Of a stretch of DNA of 64,000 bases, positions 1-10,572 are shown in pieces. A program made the translations under genes and the position numbers. This stretch comes from an uncultured Gemmatimonadales bacterium (GTDB lineage Bacteria; Gemmatimonadota; Gemmatimonadetes; Gemmatimonadales; Gemmatimonadaceae): positions 4,064,001-4,128,000 of the forward strand of contig OY969695.1 in assembly GCA_963701965.1 (NCBI GenBank), in the 5' to 3' direction. Numbering within the stretch: the first letter of the stretch is position 1; the number at the start of each line of letters is the position of its first letter. The notes under the pieces were generated by a model that was given only the letters and a program-made list of their open reading frames with translations, did no database searches and was not told the origin of the DNA.

Positions 1-51
1 GATCACTCGCGAAGCACCGAACTACTCGGCGTAACCCTCTAAGGAGAACGC

Positions 52-1531
52 ATGGCCCTCGGGTCGACGAAAAGCATCGCGCAGCTGCAGACTGAAGCTG
101 CCGACGAAGGAAGCCACAGTCTCCAACGCGTCCTGACGGCCACCAACCTTACATTGTTGGGCATCGGCGCCATCATCGGCGCCGGTATTTTCGTGCTGAC
201 CGGTCACGCCGCCGCCGACAACGCCGGGAACGCGGTGGTCCTGTCGTTCGCCTTTGCCTTCTTTGGCTGCTTGTTCGCCGGCCTCTGCTACGCGGAGTTC
301 GCGTCGGTCGTGCCGATCGCTGGGAGCGCCTACACCTACGCCTACGCGACGCTCGGCGAGTTCATGGCGTTCGTCATCGGTTGGAACCTCGTGCTGGAGT
401 ATTTGTTCGGCGCGGCGACGGTCGGCGTGGGTTGGTCGGGCTACTTTGTCGATTTCATGAGCAAGATGGGCGTCCATTTGCCGGCGGCCTTTTCGCAGGC
501 TCCGGTCGCCTGGGACGACGCTGCTGGTCGGCTCATGGTGGTGCACGGGGGCATCATCAACTTGCCCGCGTTCCTGCTGGTCATGGCCATCACCGCGGTC
601 CTGTGTGTCGGCATCAAGGAGTCGGCGAAATTCAATAACATCGTCGTCTTCATCAAGCTCGCGATCGTCCTCCTCGTCATCGGCGTCGGCTTCTTCTTCG
701 TCAACACGGCGAATTGGCACCCGTTCATCGCGCCGAGCTCCGGCACGTTCGGCAAGTTCGGTTGGAGCGGTGTGGTGCGAGGCGCCGCGGTCGTGTTCTT
801 TGCGTATATCGGTTTCGACGCCGTCTCCACCGCCGCCCAGGAAGCGAAGAATCCCCAGCGCGATCTCCCGATCGCCATGCTGGCTTCTCTGGTCATCTGT
901 ACCGTGTTGTACGTGCTCATGTCCCTCGTCCTCACGGGACTTGTGCCGTACACCCAACTCGACGTTCCCCACCCGGTCGCCTACGCCCTGGGCCGGATCC
1001 CGCAACTCGCCTGGTTGGAGATCTTCACCGACGTCGGCGCCATTGCGGGCCTCGCGTCCGTCGTCCTCGTCATGCTCATGGGCCAGTCGCGGGTGTTCTA
1101 CTCCATGTCGCGCGACGGCCTCCTGCCGCCGGCGTTCGGTATGGTCCACCCCAAGTTCCGCACGCCATACGTGACGACCATCATCACCGGTACGGTCGCG
1201 GCGCTCGTCGCGGCCATCTTCCCCATCGACATCCTGGGCGAGCTGGTCTCGATCGGGACGCTGTTGGCGTTCACGATCGTGTGCGTAGGCGTGATCGTCC
1301 TGCGGGTACGCCGCCCGGACTTGCATCGGCCGTTCAAGACGCCACTCGTCCCGCTCGTCCCACTTCTCGGGATCGGGTGCTGCCTCGGCCTCATGGGCTT
1401 CCTGCCGCGCGCGACATGGCTCCGGCTGGTCATTCTGGATGCTGATCGGGTTCGTCGTGTACTTCGGGTATGGGCGCTATCATTCGAAAATGGCCATTGA
1501 ACGCGAACCCAGCCTGGCTCCCGCCGACTGA
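52..1531 (+). CDS. APC-family amino acid permease; apparent +1 frameshift near the C-terminus
   Basis: GAIIGAGIF, GSAYTY and FAYIGFD motifs, many TM segments. Removing one T at CATTC 1431-1435 restores a final TM helix WMLIGFVVYFGYG and a stop at 1529-1531. Confidence 0.9.
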
Positions 1532-1557
1532 CGGTTCTGACATCGACACCCGATCTC

Positions 1558-2616
1558 TTGGCGGTTCCTCCCAGGCGAGGAACCGCCGCCCGCGGGCTGG
1601 CGGCTGAGCTTCGCCCAGGCCGCACGGTCGCACTTTCGACCCATATCAATGCCGATGGCGATGGATGTGGGTCGGAGGTGGCGCTCGCGCACCTGCTGCG
1701 GCAGCTCGGCCTCAGCGTGCGTATCGTCAATCCCACGCCGTGGCCCTCGGCGTTTGACTTCTTGCTGGGCGCCGGTGTCGTAGATCGTTCCGCGGAGGGA
1801 CCGGCCGCCCTGGCGGGAGTGGATGTCATGCTGGTCGTCGACATCGGCGACGTGCGGCGGCTGGGCGTGCTCGCGGATACCGTACGATCGCTGGCGATTC
1901 CCAAGTTGGTGATCGACCATCACGAAGCCGGCGACGAGCCGCCTGGGCCGATCGCCATGATCGACGCCACCGCGTGCGCCACCGGAGAGCTCGTGTACGA
2001 CCTGGCGGTCACCCTCGGCCTCCCGATCTCCACGCCGGCGGCCGTGGCGCTGTACACGGCGATGCTCACGGATACGGGCGGGTTCCGCTTCAGCAACACG
2101 TCGCCCCGGTGCCACGCGATCGCCGGCCAGCTACTGGCGGCGGGCGTCAACCCCGAGGAGATGTATCGCCGCGTGTATGCGTCGGTGCCGCTTGGGCGCT
2201 TGCAGCTCCTGCGCGAAGCGCTGGATACCCTGGAGGTCGATCCCCAATACGCGATCGCCTGGATCTCCGTGAGCGCGGGCGCTATGGAGCGATACGCCCT
2301 CAAGTCCGAGGATCTCGACGGGATCGTCGAGCACCCGCGGTCGATCGCGGGCACCCGGCTCGCGGTCTTTTTTCGCGATCTCGGTCACGGGAAGATCAAA
2401 GTGTCGTTCCGGAGTACCGGCGCCGTCGACGTCAATCGCTTCGCGCGCGCGTTCGGCGGGGGCGGTCACGCCCGGGCGTCCGGGGCGTTGATCCCCGGCA
2501 GCCTGGACGATGTGCGGACGCGCGTCCTGGATGCGGCGCGGGCGTTCGTCCGCCAATATGATGATGGTGCCATCGGGCGCGAGGACGCCCCGGCGGATGG
2601 CGCGCTCTCGATTTAA
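1558..2616 (+). CDS. nrnA: DHH-family phosphoesterase (NrnA-like oligoribonuclease/pAp phosphatase)
   Basis: THINADGD, IDHH, TDTGGF and GGGGH motifs. Start may be the CTG at 1528 overlapping the upstream TGA. Confidence 0.88.
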   Translation: MAVPPRRGTAARGLAAELRPGRTVALSTHINADGDGCGSEVALAHLLRQLGLSVRIVNPTPWPSAFDFLLGAGVVDRSAEGPAALAGVDVMLVVDIGDVRRLGVLADTVRSLAIPKLVIDHHEAGDEPPGPIAMIDATACATGELVYDLAVTLGLPISTPAAVALYTAMLTDTGGFRFSNTSPRCHAIAGQLLAAGVNPEEMYRRVYASVPLGRLQLLREALDTLEVDPQYAIAWISVSAGAMERYALKSEDLDGIVEHPRSIAGTRLAVFFRDLGHGKIKVSFRSTGAVDVNRFARAFGGGGHARASGALIPGSLDDVRTRVLDAARAFVRQYDDGAIGREDAPADGALSI

Positions 2617-2628
2617 CTTTCCTGGTGT

Positions 2629-2886
2629 ATGCCGAAAGCCGGGAAAGTGGTCATCGAAACGCGCATTCGCGACGTCATCGCGACGCTCCAGCCGCTGCTG
2701 CGCGTCGAGCCGGAGTCCGGCTGCGTCGAGCTCGTCGGATTCGATGTCGCGTCCGGCGTTGCCCGCGTGCGGGTGTCCGGTGGCTGCCCCGACTGTGATA
2801 TGTCGGCCGCGGCACTCATCCGTGGCATCGAGGCGCACTTGATGCAGCGGATCCCCGAGATCCGCGCCGTCTTGGCCGAAAGCTGA
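2629..2886 (+). CDS. NifU/NfuA C-terminal domain protein
   Basis: 85 aa with GGCPDC (CxxC) and GIE..L...IP pattern. Confidence 0.8.
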   Translation: MPKAGKVVIETRIRDVIATLQPLLRVEPESGCVELVGFDVASGVARVRVSGGCPDCDMSAAALIRGIEAHLMQRIPEIRAVLAES

Positions 2887-2893
2887 CCCTGGA

Positions 2894-4009
2894 ATGAACG
2901 AAAATCTGCAGGACCGCCTTCGCGCCGCTTTGGCGCGTATTCATAACCCCCGTCTCGGCACCGACGTCCTCGCGGGCGAGATGGTGCGCGACATTGCCAT
3001 CACCACGGACGGGCGCGTACGCCTCACGCTGCTCTTGAGCGCGGAGGACGACGCGACGTTGGTCCGCGACGTCTACGCCGCCGTCGCCGGCGTCGAGGGA
3101 GTGACGGACGTGCGGGTCGATCCCAAGCCCGCCGCCACCGCGGCGCCGAGCCCATCGCGCCGCGCCCTTCCGGTGATGGATGCCGCGCCCAAGGCGCCGC
3201 CGCGCGCGGCCGCCCCGACGCCCAGTGAGTTCCCGGCCCTCGGCCGGATCATCGCCGTGTCGAGCGGCAAAGGCGGCGTCGGCAAGTCGACCGTCGCCGT
3301 CAATCTCGCCGTCGCGCTCTCCAACGGGGGCGCCCGCGTCGGGCTCATGGACGCCGACATCTACGGGCCGAACGTGCCGCGGATGCTCGGGGTCGGCGCC
3401 GCGCCGCCGGTGGTCGACCAGCGCATCATGCCGCTGGTCGCACACGGGATCAAGACGATCAGCCTCGGTCTCCTCATTCCCCGCGACCAGCCGGCCATCT
3501 GGCGGGGCCCGATCGTCATGAAGATCATTGGCCAATTTCTGCGCGACGTCGAGTGGGGCCAGCTCGACTATCTGATCGTCGACATGCCCCCGGGCACGGG
3601 CGACGCCCAGCTCTCGCTCGTGCAGTCGGCGCGTGTCGCCGGCGCGCTCATCGTCACGACGCCGCAGGAAGTCGCCGCGGGTGATGCGTTGCGCGGCGTG
3701 AAGATGTTCGAGCGTGTCAACGTGCCGGTCCTCGGCATTGTCGAGAACATGAGTTGGTTCGCCTGCCCGCATTGCGGCAAGCCGTCGCCGATCTTTGGCG
3801 AGGGCGGGGGCGAGCGCCTCGCGGCCGAAGTCGGTCTCCCGCTCCTGGCCCAGATCCCGCTCGACCCGCGGATCGTCATGGGAGGCGATACCGGCGTGCC
3901 CATCGTCGTCGCGGCGCCCGGATCCGGCGCCGCCACCGCGATCACCGCGCTCGCCGACCGCGTGAGGGCCGCCATTCGCGACATCGTTCCGACTGCTGTG
4001 CCGGCGTGA
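2894..4009 (+). CDS. apbC: Mrp/ApbC Fe-S cluster carrier ATPase
   Basis: SGKGGVGKST, DADIYGPN, DMPPGTGD and ENMS...CPHC motifs. Confidence 0.92.
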   Translation: MNENLQDRLRAALARIHNPRLGTDVLAGEMVRDIAITTDGRVRLTLLLSAEDDATLVRDVYAAVAGVEGVTDVRVDPKPAATAAPSPSRRALPVMDAAPKAPPRAAAPTPSEFPALGRIIAVSSGKGGVGKSTVAVNLAVALSNGGARVGLMDADIYGPNVPRMLGVGAAPPVVDQRIMPLVAHGIKTISLGLLIPRDQPAIWRGPIVMKIIGQFLRDVEWGQLDYLIVDMPPGTGDAQLSLVQSARVAGALIVTTPQEVAAGDALRGVKMFERVNVPVLGIVENMSWFACPHCGKPSPIFGEGGGERLAAEVGLPLLAQIPLDPRIVMGGDTGVPIVVAAPGSGAATAITALADRVRAAIRDIVPTAVPA

Positions 4010-5412
4010 CCCCGGGCGACGCCGCGCTGCCGGTCGATCTCTACGACGGCGCGGTCCCGGTCGCTGTCACCGGGGGCGCCGAGGCGGCGTCGCTCATCAC
4101 CGATCCGCTCCCCAGCGTCGTGTGGCGCGTCGGCGTTCCTGCCGTCGCGTCCAACCTCCTGATGATCGTATTCAGCGCCGTCGACGCGTTCTGGGTCGGA
4201 CGGCGCCTGGGCGCCACGGCGCTGGCCGCGGTCACGACGTCGCTGTTTTGGATCTGGCTGTTCATCTCGATCGCCGAGATGGTCGGCGTCGGGCTCACGG
4301 CGGTCGCCGCCCGCCGGCATGGTGAAGGTCGGCCCGCCGAAGCCGCGCAGGTTGTCGGCAATGCGCTGGGGTTTGCCTTAGGCCTCGGGCTCGCGGTCGC
4401 CGTCGCCGGCACGCTGGCCCTGCCGTGGTTGTTCGCCGCGATGCAGACGTCGCCATCGGTCACGGCCTTGGGCGAGACGTATCTCGGCACCTATCTCGTT
4501 GGCGCGCCGGGGATCTTTGGCTACTTCGCCGTCAATGCCGCGTTCCGCGCCCGCGGCGACACGCGCACGCCCTTCTTGCTCCTCGCGTCCTCGGTCGCCA
4601 TCACCCTCGTCCTCGATCCCATCTTGATCTTGGGCCTTGTCGGGGCGCCAAAGCTCGGCATCGCCGGCGCGGCCATCGCGACAGTCTCGGTGCGCGGGGC
4701 CGCGTGCGTCATGGGCATCATCCTGTTGCTCCGTCGCCGCCTCGTGGCGTATGGCGGTCTTGGACGCCGCGCCGCCCGCAACGTCGCCGCGATCGCCAGG
4801 ATCGGCGCGCCTACGGCGGCGACCGGTGTGTTGTTCAGTCTGATCTATGTCGCGGTCACCCGCACCGCGACCCGATTCGGCACACCGGCGCTGGCCGCTA
4901 TGGGCCTCGGGTTTCGCGTCGAGAGCTGGATCTACGTCATCGGCGTTGGCTTTGGCGCGGCGGCCGCCGCCATCGTCGGGCAGAATCTCGGCGCGGGCCG
5001 CATCGATCGCGCCGAGCGTGTGGGGTGGATCACCGTGCTCTTCGCCACGGCGCCCGCCTCGATCGCCGTCGCCGCCGAGCTTCTGTTTCCGGAGCGCCTC
5101 GCCGGGATCTTCACGCGAGATGCCGGCCTCATTGCCGAGACCGCCCACTATCTGCGCATCGCCGCGCTCTCGCAACTCTTCGTCGGCGCCGAGGTCGTGC
5201 TCGAGGGCGCGATGGGAGGGGCCGGGGATACAGTGCCGCCGATGGTCGTCTCGACCACGTTCACGGTCTCGCGCATTCCGCTCGCGGCCTGGGCCGCGGC
5301 GCATTGGGGGACCGGCGGTATCTGGGCGGTCATCTCGGCCACGGCGGCCGCGCGCGGCTTGGGGATGGCTACCCTCTGGCGCTTGGGCTGGTGGAAGCGT
5401 AAGTCGGTGTAG
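4006..5412 (+). CDS. MATE-family efflux transporter
   Basis: D..WVGRRLG, RGDTRTP, LDPILI...LGIAGAA and GQNLGAG motifs. GTG 4006 overlaps the mrp stop. Confidence 0.88.
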   Translation: MTPGDAALPVDLYDGAVPVAVTGGAEAASLITDPLPSVVWRVGVPAVASNLLMIVFSAVDAFWVGRRLGATALAAVTTSLFWIWLFISIAEMVGVGLTAVAARRHGEGRPAEAAQVVGNALGFALGLGLAVAVAGTLALPWLFAAMQTSPSVTALGETYLGTYLVGAPGIFGYFAVNAAFRARGDTRTPFLLLASSVAITLVLDPILILGLVGAPKLGIAGAAIATVSVRGAACVMGIILLLRRRLVAYGGLGRRAARNVAAIARIGAPTAATGVLFSLIYVAVTRTATRFGTPALAAMGLGFRVESWIYVIGVGFGAAAAAIVGQNLGAGRIDRAERVGWITVLFATAPASIAVAAELLFPERLAGIFTRDAGLIAETAHYLRIAALSQLFVGAEVVLEGAMGGAGDTVPPMVVSTTFTVSRIPLAAWAAAHWGTGGIWAVISATAAARGLGMATLWRLGWWKRKSV

Positions 5413-5413
5413 G

Positions 5414-6178
5414 ATGCGGCCCATCGTGACGTTGCTCACCGATTTCGGCACCGCCGATGGGTACGTCGGTGAGGTCAAGGGCGTGCTGGCGGCCCTGGTT
5501 CCCGACGTCGCGATCGTCGACATCACCCACGACGTGCCGCCGCAGGACATCGAGGCCGGCCGGTTGGCCATCGCCCGGTACTGGCGACGGTTTCCGGAGA
5601 ACACGGTGCACGTGGCGGTCGTCGATCCCGGTGTTGGCGGGCCGCGGGCTGCCCTCGCCGTGTCGGCCGCGGGGCGCTATCTCGTGGGGCCGGACAACGG
5701 GCTCTTGTCGCCCGCGCTACTCACCCCCGAGACACGAGCCGTCGCGTTGCCGATACCGCCGGGCGCGTCCGCGACTTTCCACGGTCGCGATGTCTTCGCG
5801 CCGGCGGCGGCGCGGCTGGCGTTGGGCGATGGCATCGGCATGCTCGGTGCGCCCGCATCGGCGCCCGTCACGCGGCGCACGCCGGAGCCTCGTCGGGGTG
5901 CCGACGGCGCGTTGCATGGGGTGGTCCTGACGATCGACCGATTCGGCAACGCCATCACGAACATTCTGCCGCTCGGTCGGCCGGGAATCATCGAGATCGG
6001 AGCCCGCGCGCTGGACATCGTGCGGTCCTACGCCGAGGCGCCGCGCGGCGGGGTCGTCGCCGTGTGCGGGTCGAGCGGCTTGATCGAGATCGCCGAGCGC
6101 GACGGCGACGCGGCCCGCGCGCTGGGACTCACGCGCGGGACGCCGGTGGTCTACCGGTTGGCGCCGCTGAACTTGTGA
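5414..6178 (+). CDS. SAM hydroxide adenosyltransferase (chlorinase/fluorinase family, DUF62)
   Basis: LLTDFG..D, VVDPGVG, GPDNG, TFHGRDVFAP and IDRFGN motifs. Confidence 0.9.
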   Translation: MRPIVTLLTDFGTADGYVGEVKGVLAALVPDVAIVDITHDVPPQDIEAGRLAIARYWRRFPENTVHVAVVDPGVGGPRAALAVSAAGRYLVGPDNGLLSPALLTPETRAVALPIPPGASATFHGRDVFAPAAARLALGDGIGMLGAPASAPVTRRTPEPRRGADGALHGVVLTIDRFGNAITNILPLGRPGIIEIGARALDIVRSYAEAPRGGVVAVCGSSGLIEIAERDGDAARALGLTRGTPVVYRLAPLNL

Positions 6179-7083
6179 TCGACTTGGATCGCGCCCAGCG
6201 TTGATCCACCCGCGATGTGCAGGGTGTACTTCGCGGGCACTGGCGCCGCTTTGGCGACCTTCGCGGCTTTCGCCCTGTGCGTCGCTGCCGCCGCGGCGCT
6301 GTCGTCTTCGTCGTCGTCGGACGAAGCGGAGTCGTCGGCGGTCGCCGTCTCATTGCTCTCGGTGACGGCACCGAGGAGCGCTTTGGCGTTCATCTCCACG
6401 CGGACGTCGTCCGGCACGTGGATGTCGAGTGAGCCCAGCGCGACCTTGGCGTCGAGCGTGATATCGCCGCTCCACTGGCCGTCGAAGCTCAGGTCGAAGT
6501 CGCCCACACCGGCGCGCAGCGAGATGTGATTCGTGCGCGCGTTCGCCAGTCCCTTGGCCTGGAATCCTGCCGCGCCCACTTCCAGCCGCATCTCATCCAT
6601 GTGCGTAGTGTTCGCGCTATCGAACTGAATCGTCGCGTCGGAGGCGCCGGTCTTGACCACCAGTTTCTGAATAGCCAGACCGCCCAGTCGCGCCTTGGCA
6701 TCCGCGGCGCCGATCTCCAGCGTCAGGTCCAGCGGCACGCCGCGCGCGAGCCCGACGCGAAGCTCGTTCTTGTCCGCGTTATCGCCGGGGATCGAGAAAG
6801 TGCGCGAGCCCATCCCCAGCTTGAGCGTGTGCGCCGTCGGATTGTAGGTCGCTTCCGGCGTCGTCGCGCCCGCGGGATAGCGCATCCACATGTGATAGAG
6901 GTCGGAGCCCGCGGCGGGTGCCAGCGTGAACGTCCCCGCGCCGTACACGATGCGCGTGTTCAGCGGGGCCGAGTCGCGTACCTGGCGTGCGACTTCGAAC
7001 GTGCGGAACTCCTGGGCGGCCAAAGAGCCCGAGACCCAGGTCACAGCCGCCAACGCCAGAGGCGCGAAGCGTACGGTCGCCAT
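6151..7083 (-). CDS. Exported beta-repeat protein (LiaF/DUF2154-like), last gene of ECF operon
   Basis: Signal peptide MATVRFAPLALAAV...AAQE; repeated GA/GxxxxxL beta-solenoid-like units; acidic low-complexity insert. Confidence 0.6.
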   Translation of the reverse strand: MATVRFAPLALAAVTWVSGSLAAQEFRTFEVARQVRDSAPLNTRIVYGAGTFTLAPAAGSDLYHMWMRYPAGATTPEATYNPTAHTLKLGMGSRTFSIPGDNADKNELRVGLARGVPLDLTLEIGAADAKARLGGLAIQKLVVKTGASDATIQFDSANTTHMDEMRLEVGAAGFQAKGLANARTNHISLRAGVGDFDLSFDGQWSGDITLDAKVALGSLDIHVPDDVRVEMNAKALLGAVTESNETATADDSASSDDDEDDSAAAAATHRAKAAKVAKAAPVPAKYTLHIAGGSTLGAIQVDHKFSGANR

Positions 7084-8564
7084 TATTGCACCAATGGTCC
7101 GGGTGGGGCCGGCGTCGGCCGGCGCGCGGCGGTGACGCCGGCGACCGGGGTCGGCGTCTGCCAGCCAATGTTGTCGCCCGCCGGACCAGTGGCCGGCGCC
7201 AACTGCCGCGACCGGCGCGCATCCTGCCGCGCCACGATGACCGCGCCAAACCCCGCCATGATCGCCGTGGCCGTCGCTGATGCCGCGATCCCGCGCAGGA
7301 TCGCTCCCGCGGCCGGGAGTCGGCCCAGCGCCGCGGCCAGAATCCACAGTCCCATGAAAATGCCGATGCCGGTCACGAGCCCCCGGAGCTTGGCGCCGCG
7401 ATCGGTGAGCAGGTTGGCGCGGTGCCGGTAGAGGGCGTGGCCCGTCGTCTCCGCCACCGCGGCGAATCCCAGCACGGCCATCCCGATCACCAGCAGCACA
7501 TACCCCACGATCGCCACGGGCACGACAATGATCCCGACGATCGTGACGCAGAGCAGTACGATCACGACCACGAGCGCCGGCAGGATCGCCAGCATGCTCG
7601 CGAAGCCGATCGCCAAGGAGCGGCCGAACTGTTCCGAGAGCGCCAACGACGTCGCTTCGAGCCGGTCGCCGGCGAACGTCAGGACGCCGATGCCCAACAC
7701 CAGTGCGAGGGCGGACCAGGCGATGGCGAGCTCCAACGAACGCCAGGCCGACCGGTGCCCCGGGGTCTTGGGCGTGGAGGCGACGGCCACGGGACCGACG
7801 GCGTCGGGGAGGGAGCGCATCTCCCCATCGACGCGTCCACCGGGGGCTACGCGCACGGTGCCGTGGGCGGCGAAGGCGTTGCCTTTGACATGCGCGCCAC
7901 TGCTGATGAGCACATCGCCGCCGACGGCGATCGCATCGCCATCGATCGTCCCGGCGACGGCCAGTGGTCCACCGACGGTGGCCACGGTCCCACTGACCTC
8001 GGTGCCGCCGCCAATCGCTCGGGCGCCCGTCGAGAACGTCGTCGTGCCGGGGAGTGGGAGCGCTGCCGGGTCATGCCGAACGCGGTCGATCAGCGTGCGT
8101 TGGGCGTCGGTCATGGGACTACCCGGGGCGCCGCTCTGGCTCTCGGCCGATGGCTGGTCGTCAGTCACGACCACGGTCGACGATTCGCCGCTCGCATGGT
8201 GCCGCCGATGGGCGTCGACCAGGGCGCGATGGAAGTCGCGCTTGGCCGACGCCACGTCGCCGCTATGCGTCGTCGCCGCCCGGAGGTAGCGCTGGAGCGC
8301 AGCCTTCACGGCCGGATCATCCATCGCCTGCGGATCGCGATTCAAGACATTCTTGAATGCCGTGTCATCGAACACGTGCTGAATCTGCGATCCGATCGAC
8401 TCGCCGATCCCGGCCCATTGCACGCTGTACTTGACCCATGGCGAGACGTCGGGCACCGCGGGCACCCCCGGTACTGCGGGGGCAGTGGATGGGGTCGGTG
8501 GCGTCGGAGGCTGCTGCGCGCCAGCCGCGCCGGCAAAGACCAGCGTGAGGATCAGTGCACGCAT
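7083..8564 (-). CDS. Membrane protein with bactofilin-like (polymer-forming cytoskeletal) repeats and about 5 C-terminal TM helices
   Basis: Signal peptide, G.V.G.....GG repeats, hydrophobic C-terminal half. Confidence 0.65.
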   Translation of the reverse strand: MRALILTLVFAGAAGAQQPPTPPTPSTAPAVPGVPAVPDVSPWVKYSVQWAGIGESIGSQIQHVFDDTAFKNVLNRDPQAMDDPAVKAALQRYLRAATTHSGDVASAKRDFHRALVDAHRRHHASGESSTVVVTDDQPSAESQSGAPGSPMTDAQRTLIDRVRHDPAALPLPGTTTFSTGARAIGGGTEVSGTVATVGGPLAVAGTIDGDAIAVGGDVLISSGAHVKGNAFAAHGTVRVAPGGRVDGEMRSLPDAVGPVAVASTPKTPGHRSAWRSLELAIAWSALALVLGIGVLTFAGDRLEATSLALSEQFGRSLAIGFASMLAILPALVVVIVLLCVTIVGIIVVPVAIVGYVLLVIGMAVLGFAAVAETTGHALYRHRANLLTDRGAKLRGLVTGIGIFMGLWILAAALGRLPAAGAILRGIAASATATAIMAGFGAVIVARQDARRSRQLAPATGPAGDNIGWQTPTPVAGVTAARRPTPAPPGPLVQ

Positions 8565-8566
8565 GA

Positions 8567-9166
8567 CTAGGCGCGCCTCCGCCGCGACACAGCCGCGGCC
8601 CGAATGGCGATTATGGCTATCGCGATAACGACAACATAGAGGCTTATAGACGCCAGTAACAGCACAGTAGTGCGCTGTCCGGCTTCCTGGGCGGCCGAGC
8701 CGCCGAGCATGGCTTGAACGAGGGCAACGCCACCCGTTTCCAGGACCCGGACGACATTGGTTCGAACCATGTCGGCGAAGAAGAGCACCCCGTCCAAGTG
8801 CCCGAGCAGCCAGATAGACGCCACGGACAGCACGGCGGCGACGGACAGCGCCGCACCCCCCATAACGACCCGCATGGGGCGGGAACGGGGCGCCAGGGGC
8901 CTGACCCAGGCCACAGCGGTGTCCCGGGCGGCCACGTGCCAGGGCTCGTATACCTGCACCTGGGCCATGACCCGAGACGTAAAGTCTCCATCGGGCGCCA
9001 GCCGCGGCAGCCGCTCCAGCGCGTCCACGATGACCCGACCGTCCTCATAGGCTGCCTGGCACTGCGCGCACTCGCGCAGGTGCGCCTGGAGCGGGGCGAC
9101 GCCGAAACCCACTTCGCCGTCCAGCAGCTGGTCGATCTCGTCGGGGAGAAGATGGCGGTGATTCAT
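8567..9166 (-). CDS. Zinc-binding membrane anti-sigma factor (zf-HC2)
   Basis: HL..CAQC (HxxxCxxC), two TM segments, start overlaps the ECF sigma stop. Confidence 0.85.
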   Translation of the reverse strand: MNHRHLLPDEIDQLLDGEVGFGVAPLQAHLRECAQCQAAYEDGRVIVDALERLPRLAPDGDFTSRVMAQVQVYEPWHVAARDTAVAWVRPLAPRSRPMRVVMGGAALSVAAVLSVASIWLLGHLDGVLFFADMVRTNVVRVLETGGVALVQAMLGGSAAQEAGQRTTVLLLASISLYVVVIAIAIIAIRAAAVSRRRRA

Positions 9167-9801
9167 GGCTCTGGAAGAAGTGTACGGGTCGTTGGTTCGT
9201 CAGGTTTCACTTCGTCGGCCAGGGCCCGCCGGAGTTCGTGCCGGGCCCTGTGGATGTAGGTCTTCACCGTCCCCAGCGGCAGGTCCAGGGTGGTCGCGAT
9301 CTCCTCGTACGACCGTCCCTCCACGTGCCGCATGAGTATGCAGGATCGGTACTCGGGGCGGAGGGCGGCGATCGCCCGCTCGATCGACGACCCCAACTCC
9401 CGCGACTCCAGGGCGTCGAGCGCGCTCGGGTTCGACGCCGCGATCTCGAACGACGTCGCTTCGATCTCGGCCGCCGTCGCGGCGTTCGGCGCGCCGGACA
9501 CGCTCACGGTCGCCAAGCGCCGTTTCCGCAGATGGTCGATCGCGACGTTGTTGCCGATCTTGAACAACCAACTGGAGAGCTTGAAGTCGGACCGGTACCG
9601 GTCGATGTGGTTGAGCGCCTTGAGAAACGTGTCCTGCGCCAACTCCTCGGCGGTTTCCCGGTCGCGGACCATCCGGAAAATCAGCGAGAACACCGGGCGC
9701 TCGTAGCGCCGGAGGATCTCGCGAAATGCGGACTCGCGTCCTTGCTGCGCGAGGGCGACAACATCCGCATCCGGGAGGTTGGCGAGATCGAACACGGCCA
9801 C
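9163..9801 (-). CDS. ECF sigma-70 factor (RpoE/SigW-like)
   Basis: AEELAQDTF, WLFKI..N...D and region 4 SYEEIA..L..PLGTVKT..HRAR. Confidence 0.93.
   Translation of the reverse strand: MAVFDLANLPDADVVALAQQGRESAFREILRRYERPVFSLIFRMVRDRETAEELAQDTFLKALNHIDRYRSDFKLSSWLFKIGNNVAIDHLRKRRLATVSVSGAPNAATAAEIEATSFEIAASNPSALDALESRELGSSIERAIAALRPEYRSCILMRHVEGRSYEEIATTLDLPLGTVKTYIHRARHELRRALADEVKPDEPTTRTLLPEP
9183..9209 (-). promoter_or_regulatory. Putative ECF promoter TGAAAC-N17-CGTA inside the 3' end of the sigma gene, facing the anti-sigma operon
   Basis: Matches the AAC...CGT ECF consensus; same spacing recurs at 18789-18815 and 60296-60322. Confidence 0.6.
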
Positions 9802-9835
9802 AGCGGGGAAGCTACCGCCCGCTTACTTTTCGCGC

Positions 9836-10570
9836 ATGTCGCTCGACGTCGAGATGGCCGACGCCGTAGCTGGCGGAGCCGGGAAGCGGCGCTATGTCCG
9901 CCGCATCTTCTCGGAGATCGCCCCCCGCTACGATCTGCTGAACCATCTCCTGAGCTTCAACATCGATCGCCACTGGCGCCGGCGCGCGATCGACGCACTC
10001 GCGTGGTCGCGGCGCCCCGACGGCCTCTATGTCGATCTTTGCGCGGGCACACTCGACGTCTCGGCTGCCCTCGTCGCGCGCCCCGGCTTCGCCGGGCGCG
10101 TCGTCGCCGCCGACTTCGCGGAAGCCATGCTGCGCGCCGGTGCGTCCAAAGTCGGTCCCGCGATTCACTCGTGCGTGTCTGACGCGACCGAGCTGCCGCT
10201 CCGCGACGAGAGCGCCGCGGGCGCGATCGTCGCTTTTGGCATCCGCAATGTCGACAACCTCGACACGGCACTTCAGGAGACCTATCGCGTGCTGGCACCC
10301 GGCGCGCGCTTCGTGATCCTGGAGTTTTCGACTCCGCCCTCGGCCGTAGTCCGCGCCGCCTACCACACCTACTTTCACCACGTGCTCCCCCTGCTCGGCG
10401 CCGCCATTAGCGGCAATGGCACGGCCTACCGCTACCTGCCGCGCTCCGTCGCCCACTTTCCGTCCGCCGATGCGCTGGCCGCGCGCATGCGCGGCGTGGG
10501 CTTCGCCCACGTGCGCTGGGAACCCCTCACGCTCGGCGTCGCGGCGCTCCACGTCGGCGAGCGACCCTGA
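9836..10570 (+). CDS. ubiE: Menaquinone biosynthesis methyltransferase UbiE/MenG
   Basis: IAPRYDLLNHLLS, DLCAGT, FGIRNV, LEFS and AYRYL motifs. Confidence 0.92.
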   Translation: MSLDVEMADAVAGGAGKRRYVRRIFSEIAPRYDLLNHLLSFNIDRHWRRRAIDALAWSRRPDGLYVDLCAGTLDVSAALVARPGFAGRVVAADFAEAMLRAGASKVGPAIHSCVSDATELPLRDESAAGAIVAFGIRNVDNLDTALQETYRVLAPGARFVILEFSTPPSAVVRAAYHTYFHHVLPLLGAAISGNGTAYRYLPRSVAHFPSADALAARMRGVGFAHVRWEPLTLGVAALHVGERP

Positions 10571-10572
10571 TC

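Noticed and set aside
6151..6178. Convergent 3' overlaps (6151-6178 and 38961-38990)
   Set aside because: Short tail-to-tail overlaps are common in compact high-GC genomes.
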